Shown: piece by piece, positions 28,215 to 41,821 of the stretch | How positions within the stretch are numbered: the stretch's first letter is position 1 | Layout of the letters: every line of letters starts with the position of its first letter | Source of the DNA: Podarcis bocagei | Lineage: Eukaryota | Length of the DNA stretch: 64,000 nucleotides | Direction: 5' to 3' (one strand) | NCBI GenBank assembly: GCA_964188305.1 | Contig: OZ076902.1 | Position numbers and translations under genes: made by a program | Notes under the pieces: generated by a model | The model's input: the letters and a program-made list of their open reading frames with translations, nothing else | What the model was told of the DNA's origin: nothing | Database searches by the model: none

Positions 28215-29468
28215 GTGAGTGTGTTGACTTCCTGGGGGGCGGGAGGGAAATTCATAATATTCAAAGTTTTTAAGAAGGCAGCCAAAACAGGCTGTAGCCA
28301 AGCAGAAGCATAGGAACATAAACTATACATAAAAATAATACATAAAGATAAAAACTTGACCTATACAATAAATAAAGCTTACATAAAACAGGAACCTTAA
28401 ATCTCAAGGGCAGTCACATAGATTGTCTAATTTTAGCAGCCTTCTCTGCAAATTTAGCTGCGTTGAACATTACAGACTAGTCTGAACCAGACAACAGATA
28501 CTTAATCCTATCCATATTACTGAGGATTGGAGTCGCGGCTGAAGATTTCTAGGTGTTTCATACAATTCACAGTATAGCATAGAGTGCCCGGTGCCCTCTC
28601 CCCTCCAGGGACTACCTCAGACACAAAAGCACTGATTCTGGGGATTTGGATTAATTAAGAGGCAGCCGAGAGAGTCCTTTGGGACATCCATCCCCTCTCT
28701 CATGACTGCTGTTTGTCAAGGTGCTTGAGCCTGCCTCGCTCACTGATTCAGGGTATCAAAATTAAAGGTGAGACATTAAGCGAGTTAGAAATCTTGGGTC
28801 ACCTAAGCACTGGGGCCACCTGGTCCGACTGGCAGCAGCTCTCCAGGTTGTTTCTTCAGCCTCTGAAATCGGGGCTCTGTGGTGGTAGTTGGGTAGGAGG
28901 AAGGGAATTAGGCAGCTTTTATGGAAAAGTCATGGTATTGGAATCTCAGAATCGTAGCGTCAGAAGGGACCCCATCTTGTCCAACCCCCTTGCAATGCAG
29001 GAATCTCAGCTAAAGCATCCATGACAGATGGCCATCTGACCTCTGCTTAAAAACCTCCAAGGAAGGAGAGTCCACAACCTCCCGAGGGAGACTGCTCCAC
29101 TCAACAGCTCTTAGCCACAAAGACTAAATGGGCCACCCCTGTTCATTGGCAGGATGTCTCTGAATGCTTAATTGTTCAAAACCAAACAGGGGAGACCCAT
29201 TGCCCTTAAGCCCCTGCTTTGTGGGCTTCTACTTAGCCACTAAAGGAAACGGGATGCTAGACTGAACAGAAGTTTGGTCTGATCTAGCCGGCTTCCTAGT
29301 TGGAGACGCCATTTCAGTGAACCTGGCAGTTCTTCTTACACGCAGCCCATGCTTGCAACTGCTGAGCCACCTCTGCTACCGCCACTCAGTTTGTTAGGCT
29401 TCTGTAAATCCACCCTGCTGGGGTATGAGAAAGCCGCTTTGATACGCCCTTCCTCACCCCATCAACAG

Positions 29469-29607
29469 GTGACTGCGTGTACCTGATGAGAGACAGCCGA
29501 AGGACCCCGGACGGCCACCCTGTCCGGCAGTCGTATCGCCTGCTCTCCCACATCAACAGAGAGAGACTCGACATCTTCCGTATCGAAAAGCTCTGGAAGA
29601 ACGAGAA
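29469..29607 (+). CDS. ASH1L: ASH1L exon, BAH ([24 protein letters not shown])
   Basis: aacag|GT acceptor, AA|gtaagt donor. Confidence 0.97.
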
Positions 29608-30181
29608 GTAAGTCCCAGCCCCACCTTGCTTAAAAAAGCGGAGCTCCATCTCACTGACCTTTGGTGGGAGACCAGCCACATTGGACGTGTTATCAGAGAA
29701 TTTTCCCATCCCTGTCCCTCCCATGCATGAAAGTAGCAGGTGGTGGCAGTTCATGAAGCCGTAAGATTTTCCCACCTCTTTTCCTGTCGTGAGCAAACTA
29801 AAGAGGTGGGTAACCTATAACTAACACACACATCAAATGTTGCTGGACTCCCATGATCCCCAGCAAGAATAGCCAGCTGCAGTTGTAAGCCAGCAAGACC
29901 TGGAGGGTTGGAGGACATCATTCATTGGGTGACATCATTCTCCTCCTTTGGTGGATGTGTCCAATGCAGACAGGAGGTTCAGCTAAGCCCTGTCTCCAGA
30001 GACCAATGAGAGGTTCACAGGATGTCGTCATGCTCCTCTACTAGTGTGCTCTTACTGCACTGAGAAATGGCTGCAGTTCAGATCTTTATCTTCAGTCTTA
30101 GGCTTGGCTGGTCTGAACTTCAGCACTCATCACCCATAAATATATTTGTTATTTATAATATATATTTATATACTTATGCCA

Positions 30182-30221
<40 letters not shown>

Positions 30222-30853
30222 GTGTGTGTGTGCCATCAAGTTACACGAAATATTATGGTGCATGTACAACAATCTACAAGTTCGGGAAAGCATAAAATGC
30301 CATAAAAGCCAAATCATTAAAATGAATGGCTAATCAAGAAAGTTTAGACATCTGTCTAAATCATTCAGCATAAAAACATCTTTGAGAGATGCCTAAAAGC
30401 TGAAAAGTAGGGTGCCTGCCAAATCTCTGCTGTAAAATCGTGTTTTTCCGCATGGCAATGATCAATTCCCAGCTTCTAGTTGAGGCCTGGCAACGAGTAC
30501 ACACTTAAAACTTAATTATATTTAACAGCGATCGTATTAAGCTCCTCCGTAAACACAGATTCATTTGCAGGCAACCAGGAGGGAGAGGAATAAAAGCCAA
30601 GCTCCCTTACTGAGGTCACCTTGGGTCTGGCTGGGACTCTCATGAGTCAGTGCTCCATCGTCAGCATCCAAACCACCTCTCCTCTCAGCTCACCTATTGT
30701 GTCAGAATCCCAGGGCTTGTGGCTGTCAGCCTAGCAAAAGGGAGCAAATTCTGTAGAGGACGGGGAGGAAGAAGAAGAAGTGTGTGGGTGCGTTGGGTCT
30801 GTCATCTCGGCTCCAATGGAAACACCTCCTTCCTTTTTTCCTCCTTATATCAG

Positions 30854-31026
30854 GGAGGAACGGTTTGCCTTCGGCCACCACTATTTCCGTCCGCATGAAA
30901 CGCACCACTCCCCGTCCCGGAAGTTCTACCACAACGAGCTGTTCCGGGTACCGCTGTACGAGATCATCCCCTTGGAGGCCGTGGTGGGCACCTGCTGCGT
31001 CCTGGATCTCTACACCTATTGCAAAG
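30854..31026 (+). CDS. ASH1L: ASH1L exon, BAH ([24 protein letters not shown]); GC donor
   Basis: atcag|G acceptor, AAG|gcaagt non-canonical donor required for the CK-G-RPK junction. Confidence 0.95.
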
Positions 31027-31839
31027 GCAAGTCAACGCTCCCGGCGGCCTGGAGCCACTTGGTTTTTCTTTCCAGGGGGACCTATGATCCCAGGCTGTTG
31101 TGCTCCCCAGCACAGTGCCAGGTGTAAATAGGTAAAGGCTCCTGTTTGAGCCCTGAAATACCCCCTTCAGCAGCCTGTACACACTCTTCACAGTTCTGGT
31201 TGTGTCCTGTCTAAAAAGGAGATGCTAGAGCTGGGAAAAGTGCAAACCATAGAACAATAGAACCATTAAGAGTCATCTAGTCCAACCCTCTGCAGCGCAG
31301 GAATATTTTTGCCCAATATGGGGCTTGAACCCCCAACCCTGAGATTAGGGAACAACAAAGAAATGATTGGGGCAAAGATGAGGATGAGCATCTTCCTCAC
31401 AGGGAAATCCAAAGCATTTTCTTTTTAACGGTCAGGGAGGAGGCACCATCAGGAGTTTATAAAATTATGCACAGTGTAGAGAAAATGAATGTAGAGAAGT
31501 GTTTTTCTTTCCCTGCTGCTTCGAGCTCCGGAGAGTCACCCATTTAAATCGCTCTTGACGGTAAAGGCCAATAAAGGAGGATTCTGGACCAGACAGGAGG
31601 TATCTGCCTAAAATTCACAGGAGGATCGTTGAAATTAGTGGAGCAAAAGCTGTTCATGCCCATTAATTTCAGTGGTTCTGCCACCGTATCTGATGATGGA
31701 TCGTGGCTCTCAGGTGACATTAAAATAAGATGGCTGGTAGACCTCTGTGAAGCTTCTGTCAACAGCTGCTTATAGCTGTGATAATTGAATGGAATCTCTG
31801 AACGCCAGTTGCTGAGAAGAGGGGGTGGAGGACACAGCC

Positions 31840-32263
31840 CAGACATTGGCAACCTAAGGCCCATGGGCCGGAAGCAGCCCATGAGGGTCGCTTAACCGGC
31901 CCATGAGCTGGCCCCAAACCAAGCTGCCTGCTTGGTGAGTCCCCACGCGCTGCGCTAAACTGGCGCAGCGCGTGTGGGGACTTTCTTCTGCGGCTCCGGA
32001 AATTGCTTCTGCACATGCCCAGACACCGGTAATTGCTTCTGCACAAGCGCAATTTCCGATGTCTGGGCATGCACAGAAGCAATTTCTGGCACCACGGACA
32101 TGAACAGATGTGATTTCCTGCATCTGGGCATGTGCAGAAGTGATTTCCGGTGCCACGGACATGTGCAGACGCGATTTCCAGCATCGCACTGCGCCATTCT
32201 GGCTCATGGAGGAACTCGGCGGGAGTGGTCTGGCCCATGCCCAGTAAGCCTTGCTGACCCCTG
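31840..32263. mobile_element. hAT-type MITE related to 18801, with an internal ~30-bp minisatellite
   Basis: Shared ggcaacctaaggcccat start and gccttgctgacccctg end; repeated gcatgtgcagaag..atttcc units in both orientations. Confidence 0.75.
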
Positions 32264-33091
32264 ACACATTCTGTTACCTTCAAGCTGTGCCTCTGGTCTA
32301 CCCAGGAGTATCAGCTTGGTCCTCTGTAGAAAACTGGCTGCTGGGCCCTTTTGGTCTCGTCCAACAGCACAGACTTAACTTCCGTTCCCTGTAGAACACA
32401 GACCACAGAAAGCTGCCTCATGCCGAGTCATTCCTTTCTGCATCTTACTCAGCGTTGTCTACCCGTTGACTGGCAGCATCAGCAGCTCTCCAGGGATTCA
32501 GGCAAAAGTCTCTCTCAGCCCTACCTGGGGATGCCAGGGATTGCACCTGGGACCTTCTGCATGCAAAGCAGATGCTCTGCAACTGAGCTGTGGCCCTTCC
32601 ATACATGTATCTGTGCAAGGTTCACTGCTTTAGCCTGGGCGCCAGCACCTGCAGGAGGCAGGCAGTCCTTGATGCGTCTATGTGCTGAGGGTTAAGTGAG
32701 CCAGTTTTAGCTACTCACCAGGCAGACACACACAGCAGAATTACCTGCCCTCGGATGTGGCTAACCTGAAAGCGAATTGTGCTGAAAACCAGAAGGTTGG
32801 CCCCCAATTCTTAACCACTTCCACATGCTAAACCTTCATTTGGAGGTAAGAATAAAGAAGGAGTTGTTTTTCTTTTTAAATGCAGGGACAAACATTTGGT
32901 TCCGTCCAGGGAAAGTTACAGTAACAAGGATCCTGCAGTTTTGCGAGGGTGGCAAGTTCCTTTAGTTTTTAAAAACCCTCTCCAGCCCTGCCTGGAGGAA
33001 TTTGGAACAGCTAAGCTCCGTAGTCGTGCTTATTTTGATTCTTGGCACGCTGCCTCACCTGATATTCTTGCTGTGCCAAAACTCCCTACAG

Positions 33092-33258
33092 GAAGGCCAA
33101 AGGGGGTGAAGGAGCAGGATGTCTACATCTGCGACTACCGCCTCGACAAGTCAGCCCACCTTTTCTACAAGATCCACCGGAACCGCTACCCAGTCTGCAC
33201 CAAGTCCTACGCCTTCGACCACTTCCCCAAAAGGATGACGCCGAAAAGAGACTTTTCG
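33092..33258 (+). CDS. ASH1L: ASH1L exon, end of BAH ([25 protein letters not shown])
   Basis: tacag|GA acceptor, TCG|gtgagc donor. Confidence 0.97.
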
Positions 33259-33925
33259 GTGAGCGGCTCCACGACTTCTCTCTCTGGCATCGAGGGGAAT
33301 CCTAACCCACACGCTAAAACTCTGCTTTCATTTAGTTTGTTACAAGCGAACATCAGTAACCACAAACTGGTTGTTCCTACGGACACAAGGGTGGAATAAT
33401 AAGGTTAAGCCACAGGCAGCTCCAATCAGAGCATCTCTCTTAAGTTGCCACCCTTTGCAGGAAGCTGCCATCTCCCGGATGAATTCAGACCTGATTTCCT
33501 TTGACTTCAGATCTGATTTCCTTTGCAGCAGTGGCAAGAGTGGGGGGGGGGTCTTCCAAGCTGTACATTGATAAGCACCTGCATTATAGCATAATCACAT
33601 TCTCCTCCCCTCAATTCCACATACTTTACCACTGAGCTTCAAGTAAAATAACCTAAGATGCCAGCTCTCATGCTGCTGAATATATAGGGTGGAATTAAAG
33701 AGGAGCATGGGAATCTGCCCCCTACCATGTCAGACGATTGGTTCAGCTGTGTTGACACTGACTGACAGCAGGTCTCCTGGGTTTCAGACAGGGAGTCTTT
33801 CCTAGCCCTGCCCAGGGATTTGAACCTGGAACCTTCTGCAAGCAAAGCAGGTGCTATTTCTCTGCGCTTACAGCATTAAGCCTCCTCTGAACTTTCACTT
33901 GGTTCTCTTTTACTCTCCATTGCAG

Positions 33926-33966
33926 CCTCATTATGTACCTGACAACTACAAGAGGAATGGAGGCAG
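33926..33966 (+). CDS. ASH1L: ASH1L 41-nt exon (PHYVPDNYKRNGGR)
   Basis: tgcag|CCT acceptor, AG|gtgagt donor. Confidence 0.95.
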
Positions 33967-34590
33967 GTGAGTTGCCTTAGCTTCTTTTGGCTCCTTTTTT
34001 CTTTTTCCTTTTTTTTTAGGGCCTTCAGTGTGGTGGGTGCTTCCGCAGAGACCTTTTTGGAGCTCCTGCACTCAGTTGCTTAACTGCAGCACAAATGGCA
34101 CTTCCCTTGCCTTCCTTTGAATTAGACAGGATGGGAGCAAGAGCAGCTTAGCTTGCCTGCGACACTTAAGCAGTACAGAGAAGGCATCCTGCAAGGCCGC
34201 TAGCAGAAAGCTGAGGCAGCATGCAAGTGGGGTGTGGTGCTCCCTCAGTAGAAATGACTCTGGGCAGTTCAGGGACAGGATCATAGAAAGAGGGGCTTTG
34301 TCCCTCAATCCCCCCCCCCCAAAGCTGATAGGATGGTGGTAATAAAGTGAGGCATGCCATAACCCAGGATTCCCACAACTCCCAGAACTCAGGGTCACCA
34401 GTGGAACTTGGCAGCAAGTTGACGGCAAGCAAAAGAAGGTGTTTTCACTATACTTATACTTGTTTAAAGGATGTTTGCTCTGCTCTTGAGCAAATTTTCA
34501 AAAACCTCCCAGAGCAGTAGTGAGGCAGCCACTCTCAGAGGTCTGGAAAAAAATCACTGCTCCAAATGGAGCAGAGGTGACACATCTGCC

Positions 34591-34631
<41 letters not shown>

Positions 34632-34899
34632 TTCTTTCCTCCAAGCCCCGCTCCCCAGTGTGGTGTTCCTCTGAGGAGCAGCTGCTGCCTTAAACAGAGT
34701 GAGACCATTGACTCCTATAGCCTGGCATTGTCCACAAGGACTGGCAGTGGCTCTGCCAGGTTTCACGCAGGGGTCTCTCCCAGCCTCACCTGGAGATGCC
34801 ATTGGGGCTTGGAGTGTTTTCTATGCAAAAGCCCAGAGTGCTGTACTAATAATTAATAATAATAACAATTTTTTATTTATACCCCACCCTTCCTGGTCA

Positions 34900-35250
34900 G
34901 GGATGTGGGTGGCGCTGTGGGTTAAACCACAGAGCCTAGGACTTGCTGATCAGAAGGTCGGCGGTTCGAATCCCCGTGATGGGGTGAGCTCCCGTTGCTC
35001 GGTCCTTGCTCCTGCCAACCTAGCAGTTCGAAAGCACGTCAAAGTGCAAGTAGATAAATATGTACCGCTCCAGCGGGAAGCTAAACGGCATTTCCGTGCG
35101 CTGCTCTGGTCACCAGAAGCGGCTTAGTCATGCTGGCCACATGACCCGGAAGCTGTACACCGCCTCCCTCAGCCAATAAAGCGAGATGAGCGCCGCAACC
35201 CCAGAGTCGGTCACAACTGGACCTAATGGTCAGGGGTCCCTTTACCTTTA
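34900..35250 (+). mobile_element. Sauria SINE (Squam1), full length
   Basis: tRNA-like head (gtggcgctgtggg..ggttcgaatccc), (ACCTTT)n tail, TSD-like ccttcctggt(t)cag. Confidence 0.92.
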
Positions 35251-35638
35251 CCTTCCTGGTTCAGAAAACCGGGCTCAGGGTGGCTAACAACAAATTTAAA
35301 ACACTACTGAGACACACACACTGCTCACAACCTGAAGTAGTGCAGCCCAGAATTTTGCCGCTTCATTTCTGTGCAGTGCCTTGAAAAGGTACATTCTCGA
35401 TTGGTTTCTGTGACCTCTTATGTAGGAAGACTGGGGGTATGTGGCAGGGGGGGGGGATTGCCTCCCAAACATGACCCCTTTCAGAGATCTAGAGAGGAAG
35501 GACAGGGAGCCCTCAGCACAGGAGTGCAAGCTGCAGCAGCAGTGTGCATCCCTCCCGTGTGTGTGTGTGAGAGAGAGAGAGGGAGGACCATGTTGGAAGG
35601 TTCTCCCCCTGACATGTGGCTGACATCTCCTTTCTCAG

Positions 35639-35943
35639 GTCATCTTGGAAGTCTGACCGTTCCAAGCCCCAGAACAAAGACCTGAGCCAAGAGGAGGACC
35701 CCCTGCCGCTGATGGAAGACGTGATCGTGAGTCAGGACCAGGCTCCCAGCGAGCCGGCGCCCGGCCTGGAGGAGCCAGAGAAAGAGGCGCCCCCCCAGGA
35801 GAGTGGCGAGGCGGAGAAGAAGGTGGAGGAGAGCAGCCCCGTCCCCAGGCGGCCCTGCACCCCGGAGGAACGCAGGCACATGCAGCGAGAGAGGCTCAAC
35901 CTCATCCTCCTCACCCTCCTAGAGAAAATCCCAGGGAAAAATG
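35639..35943 (+). CDS. ASH1L: ASH1L penultimate exon ([18 protein letters not shown])
   Basis: ctcag|G acceptor, G|gtaaga donor. Confidence 0.96.
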
Positions 35944-36115
35944 GTAAGAGGCAAGAGCGCAGCCCCCCCTCTTCTCCCCCCCCCCCATTCCCCTCTCCAG
36001 AAACCTCTTTTAAAGTTAGAGGATTGTTAGTAATGTGTAGCTCCCAACTTTTTTGGGAGTGGGGGAGCTCGAGTAAAGCAGCCCAGATAATCATCACACC
36101 AAAAGCTAGCCCAGC

Positions 36116-36170
<55 letters not shown>

Positions 36171-36199
36171 CAATAATAATAATAACAATAATAATAATT

Positions 36200-36570
36200 T
36201 TTATTTATGCCCCGCCCTCCCCAGCCAAGACTGGGCTCAGGGCGGCTAACAACCAATAATAAAAATAAGTTGATTAAAATACATTAAAACATTAAGATGC
36301 AGCCTCTTCACAGGAGGAGAAAGGAAAAAAGAGAGAGGGGAGGGAATCAAACTGAATCTAAGCCCAAAGGCCAGGCGGAACAACTCTGTCTTACAGGCCC
36401 TGCGGAAAGAAATCAGATCCCACAAGGCCCTGGTCTCATAAGACAGAGCGTTCCACCAGGCAGGAGCCAGTGTTGAAAAGGCCCTGGCTCTGGTTGAGGC
36501 CAATCTAACTTCCTTAGGGCCTGGGACCTCTAGGGTGTTGCTATTTATGGACCTTAAGGTCCTCCGTGGT
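36200..36570 (-). mobile_element. L2-like LINE 3' end next to (AAT)n
   Basis: Minus frame [33 protein letters not shown], typical L2 C-terminus. Confidence 0.7.
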
Positions 36571-36733
36571 ACAGAGCAAGGCTGGTGGGGGGCATGGGCT
36601 GAGGGAGAGAGGCGTCTGCCCCCTGGGTCTGAGGTTCTTCACCAAGTAGCAAAGCATCTTTCTTTGGTTCCAAGAGCGTTTGCTCTCTTAAGTCCACACT
36701 GTTATTTCTCTTTGGTGCATGTGTCTCTTCCAG

Positions 36734-36825
36734 CCATTGACGTCACGTACCTGCTAGAGGAAGGTTCGGGGAGGAAGCTGCGGCGGCGCACTCTGGTTCT
36801 TCCCGAGAGCAGCTTTCGGAAGTGA
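36734..36825 (+). CDS. ASH1L: ASH1L last coding exon ([30 protein letters not shown])
   Basis: tccag|CC acceptor; TGA at 36823-36825; matches the ASH1L C-terminus. Confidence 0.97.
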
Positions 36826-39780
36826 CGCTGTGCCCTGGGGACAGAGGCTGCAGCCTGGAGTTTTCCGCTGTTGGATTGTGCGTGAGACGGACTTGGACGG
36901 GCGAGGCTTTGCCGCCTTCCTGTGCCTCTGCAGTGTGCGTTGAGGGCATCAGGTGGGCAAGAGGAAACTGACACACACACACAAAACCCCCCACAGTTCT
37001 GTAGCACTTAGAAGAAACGGTTGGGCAGGCGTGCCACCCTGCCCCTTCACCCGCGGCCTGCCTGGCAGTGGTCTTACGATGTGTGTGGTGTCGGGCGTGC
37101 CTTGTTGTCAATGTTGAGGTACTAAGGAAAAAAACACACCTTGTGGTTCTTTGTCCAAGACGGTCAAATTTTAGTTTAACTTATTCCCCTCCACCCTCCC
37201 TACCCCAGCGTCCCTGCGCCAGAGGGAGGGGAAAGGGGGGTGTACAAGGTGGGCGGGTTGGTGAACCGGTTCGGAACCACGCTCTTTCCGGAGGAACCCA
37301 CATCGTTTCTCCTTCAGCTGGCGCAACAGTCTGATTTGGGAAGTTGTTTGGGAGGGCGGAGGTGACGGCATGAGGAAGTGTCCGGGCCCTGAGGGGCCGA
37401 AGATGCAGGGGGGGGCAAGATCTTCGATTTTGCGCAAGATGCAACAGAGGAAGTGTGGCGCTCTGAGCGTGAGGGGGCTGTCAGACATTCTGTGTGGGAA
37501 GCGCCCCATCGCCACGGACTTGAAATGAAAGCACTTGGTTCTGCGTTCTGCACCTCGGGGTGGGGGTGGGGTGGGCAGTCAAGGAGAACAACGGTGGTCT
37601 TAATTTCTCTCTCTATCCCTCCCCCCCCTTTTATTTTGCTGCAGAAGATTTTTTATAAAGCCAAGTCCACCCTGTTTTACTTATTTTTCGTTTTAGTGTT
37701 TTCGGTTGGGTTTTATATATAAATATATATATATATATATATAAGAAAAAAGAAAAAAATTAAATAAGCTGTGGTTCTTGTGTGTCCAGTGCATTGTGAA
37801 AACTTTCAAAGACAAAAAACAAAAACAAAGGAAAACTGTCAAAACAACAAAAGCAAACAGACAAAAACCAACCTTTCACTACACGAACCGTCAAGCAGTA
37901 TTTTCTGAGCGCGTATTTGTTGTGAAACTGTAGACTATTATCCACTGATTAACACTACTCTTTGTGTTTCTTTTTTTTTTTTAAGAAAAAGAAGAAAAAA
38001 ATATATAAAACCTGTACAGCTTAAAAGCGTCCCGTCTCTTAAAGAGACAGTGTATTTTATTCTTCCCGCCTCTCTCTCTGCCCTTAATCCAAGGAGGGGG
38101 GGTGGATTAAAAAGACACAAGTGTTAACTCTCGTCGGCTGCAGCAAAGGAACCGTTTCCTTGCTTTTGACGTAGTGGGGTGTTCAGCTGCCCTAGTTGCT
38201 GTCGTCCGGTGCCAGGCCCAAGGGAGGGGCGTCACTCCGTGATGACGTACCACATGTCCCCCTCCCTCCAGACACCAGCAACTTACGGGCAGATGCACGG
38301 GCAAAGGGAGCTGGCAGTTAGGCATACACTGGCCCTTTAAACGTGGCTTTGCTCTCAGTCTCTCTTTGGCGTTCATATGCATATTATGGTCCTGTTTTAG
38401 ATGTCCTTACGAAAGAATCCCGTTTTTAAATGTGCCAAGTTGTATATATCTTAAATCTTCCTCTCTCTTCCTCCCCCTTCCTTTGCTGTGTGGTTGTAAA
38501 GCAATATGGTAGCTCTCTCTCACAATCTCTCTCCGTGTTCCTTCCCGACGGACCAACCTTTGTCCTGATTGTACATTCTCGTCGACTATATAATCCTTAT
38601 TTTACTCTTCGTTTGGAACAATAACAACAAAAGGGTCCATTCCATTCAAATTTTAACCTGGCGATTTAAAAAAAAAAAAGTTTGGGGTGGGGGCGGGGGG
38701 GGCAAGAGAGGGGTGGGAAAGAGGAGGAGGAGGGGGGGAAAGCATATTTTATTAAAAAAAAGAGAAGACAAATAAGAAAATAGTTTGGAATATTTTCTTA
38801 CTGTAGAGAAGCATTGTACAGGAGAACCCTGAGTATTAAATACTCATGTGTGTCGTAGGGGGGAAAAAAGTTTTAAAAAAATCGCATGTCTGAAAAATCT
38901 TTTGAGTCGCTCCATTTAGTTCAAAACGGGGGGGAAATCATCATCTCAAAATGGTGTTAAACACTAAAAAAAGAAAGGAAAAAACATGAGAAGTCCTTTT
39001 AAAGAAGAATAATGCAAAGCTTGCCCTGATGCGAGACACTAGCTCTGCCATTTTATCTTTCTTTCGTTGAAAGACTAAAAACAATGTTTTTTAGACAATC
39101 AAATTCTAGGTAAGTGCGAAGAATTTGTTGGTTTTGGGTTTTTTTTAAGTTTTTGGTTTTGTTTTCTTACTGGTGTAGAAAATTACTGACTTTTTAAAAA
39201 AAATTCTGGGTGGGTGGGTGGCTTATTTTGTAATATTAACTGAGGAGACTGGCAGCGTTTCACCTGACCGCTGATGGAAGCCCAGGAAAATGGGGAGGGA
39301 AAAGCACTACGTTTGTTGCAAATATAGATACGAACTCTTTTTAGTCTGCATGGGGATAGGCCGTGTGGTTGCTGAGGAGAAATGCTGCTAAGATATTTCC
39401 TTTTTACAAGAGCATATCTAAATAGACCATTGTTTTGATGTTAATCTTTGTAAATTATGTATTACCAATTTTAACATTGGATGTAATTGCATAAAAGGCC
39501 TGCATCTCAAATACTGAGAGATTCTAGTATTAAATGGAAAAAAAAATGTTTCCTATTCAATGGCTTGGGTGTTTTTCTTTTTCACTTGTTCTGCACTTTT
39601 GTACACAAACATGTATCTTCCTATACACATAAAAATGTAAGGTTGTTGTCACGTTGCAGTTCACACGGCTGCCAGTAGGTGGTACATGACTCATCATGTT
39701 ACATCCCTGGCCTTGTGTGGAGAAATGCCTTCTTTTTTATTTGCTAAGTGGTTTCATTAAATACACATATCTAATTGGCA
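36826..39780 (+). other. ASH1L: ASH1L 3'UTR (end approximate)
   Basis: About 3 kb with no recognised TE and AU-rich tracts after the stop; ATTAAA candidates near 39528 and 39756. Confidence 0.6.
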
Positions 39781-41058
39781 CAGAGAGTCACATCTCCGAA
39801 GCTCAGATTTTATCTAAGCCTTTGTCATATCTTCGCTCCCTGGATTTTATTTTATCTTTCTTGATGTATTAAGAAATCAAACAAGCCTCTTTAATATTTT
39901 CTCATTAGGGAAACAGGTGGCACCTTTTATGGATTTTATTTTCCCAAAAGGAGAATCATAAAAGTATGTACAACAGAACTCCACATTTTTTGAAGGTTTT
40001 GTTTCAACATATGACCACAAGGGGGAGGTTCTGGTCTTTTGACAGACACACACGTCAATACTGTAAAAAGTGCATCCAGTCTGTTCATTGAGCTTTCCAT
40101 CTGGATTTGTTTGCAAGACGACATTGACTATTCAATGCACATTCATTCTGGTTTGCCCCAAAGGTTGGATGCTGCAACATCAAAACAAGCGTGTCATCCC
40201 ATGCTCTCCAGTGTGTTCCTGCCTGAACTTTCTTTCCTGCAACAATTCCAAACTTTTGGGGAAGCTGGTTTGTTGTGCAAGACCCTCCCTGCATACTAGA
40301 ATTACACAACTTGGATTGGCCAGTGTGTGATTGAATCCTGCCCATAACTAGTGACCATTCCCCTTAGTGTTCCTAGCTCAGCTTTGGAAGTGGCTGTGAA
40401 TACAAGATGTTTGCGTTTAGATCTGCTAGAGCAGGGGGAATTGGGTTGATATTTATTAAAAGGGATGCCCAACAGCTCCAATTATATACCTGGCAAGATG
40501 CAGGTCACAGAAAGGAAATCTCGTAGCGTAGAAAGTACAGCCAGATGTGGCTGGGAGGCTAGCAGGCCTTGATTCACCGTTGGCTTATTGGGAGGGGAGA
40601 GGGAAAGTGGGATGGGCTGCAGCTCAGTAGTAGAGCATCTGATCTGAATGTAGAAGATCCTAGATTCAGCTTCCTCCATCTCTAGGTAGGGCCAGGAGTG
40701 TCCCCTGTCTGAGACTTTGGGGATGCTCAATGGGAGAGCATCTGTTTTGCAAATAGAAGGTCTCAACATCCAAGGCTAGGAAAGAGACACACACACCCCT
40801 CTGGATCCCCAGAGAGCTTTTGCCAGTCAGCATAGGCAATACAGAGCTACCTGGACCAAGCAGTGTTTCCCATACTTGGGTCTCCAGTTGTTTTTTGACT
40901 ACAACTCCCATCATCTCTAGCTAGCAAGGATGATGGGAATTGTAATCCCAAAGCAGCTGGAAACCCTAATTTGGGAACACTGGACTAAGAGTCTGAAGTC
41001 TGCACAGTATAAGCCAGCTCCTTCCTAGGTCCGGAGTCTATTTCTATCCTGTCTAGGC

Positions 41059-41264
41059 GCAAAATGATCCATGCTGGATCCAACCAAAGGCCAGAATCTA
41101 GCCCCATATAGAAATGGAAAACCAGAGCATGAGAGCATCGTTTCTCGCCTGCTCTTGCTCCCCAGCAACTGGTGTTCAGAGAAATGATGCTCTCAAACTC
41201 TGGTTTTCCATTTCTATAAGGAACTAGAGTGGCCTTTGGTTGGATCCAGCAGAGATCATTTTGC
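41059..41264. repeat. Imperfect inverted repeat, ~87-bp arms, 32-nt loop
   Basis: 41059-41146 is the reverse complement of 41179-41264 with few mismatches. Confidence 0.9.
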
Positions 41265-41821
41265 AGGTAGGCAAATGGGAGCTGATTGAGGGCAGATCGA
41301 GGCTGCTGGGACAGTGACCCATTAACTCTTAAAGGGCTGGCCTCCTTTGAGTAGCAGCTGGGGGAACTCAGAACTACAGTTCAGAAAGGTTGGGCAAAGC
41401 CAGTGTGGATTTCTGCCCACACCATATTGCAACCTGCTTTGAAACTCGTTTCAAAAGCCACTTGCCACACAGCACTGTGGGGAAGGGGTCAGGCAAGCCG
41501 ATCAGTGTTGCCCGACCCCCTGATAACAGCTAGACGCACCATTCCTTGCCTCCCACCCAGCAAATTAAAACTGCAACCCTCACCCACACTGACCGCCCAT
41601 GCATCCTTTGGCCTCGCTGAATGCCAGATGTCTTGATGCAGGCTTGGGAGCAATGGCAAGGGGGGTGGTGAAATGGAGTATCCTGGGAGGGGGCTGCAAC
41701 ATTTCATTGGGGCCCCCGCTTGCCAACCAATCTTTCTCAAGCCGCACCCTTTGGAGACGTGCAGCCTGCAGCAATTCAATCTCACACGGTGACGCCTCTT
41801 TGCTTGTCTTTTCTCACAACC

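Noticed and set aside
31985-32185. Regular ~30-bp repeats resembling a CRISPR array
   Set aside because: Vertebrate DNA, no unique spacers; minisatellite inside a hAT MITE
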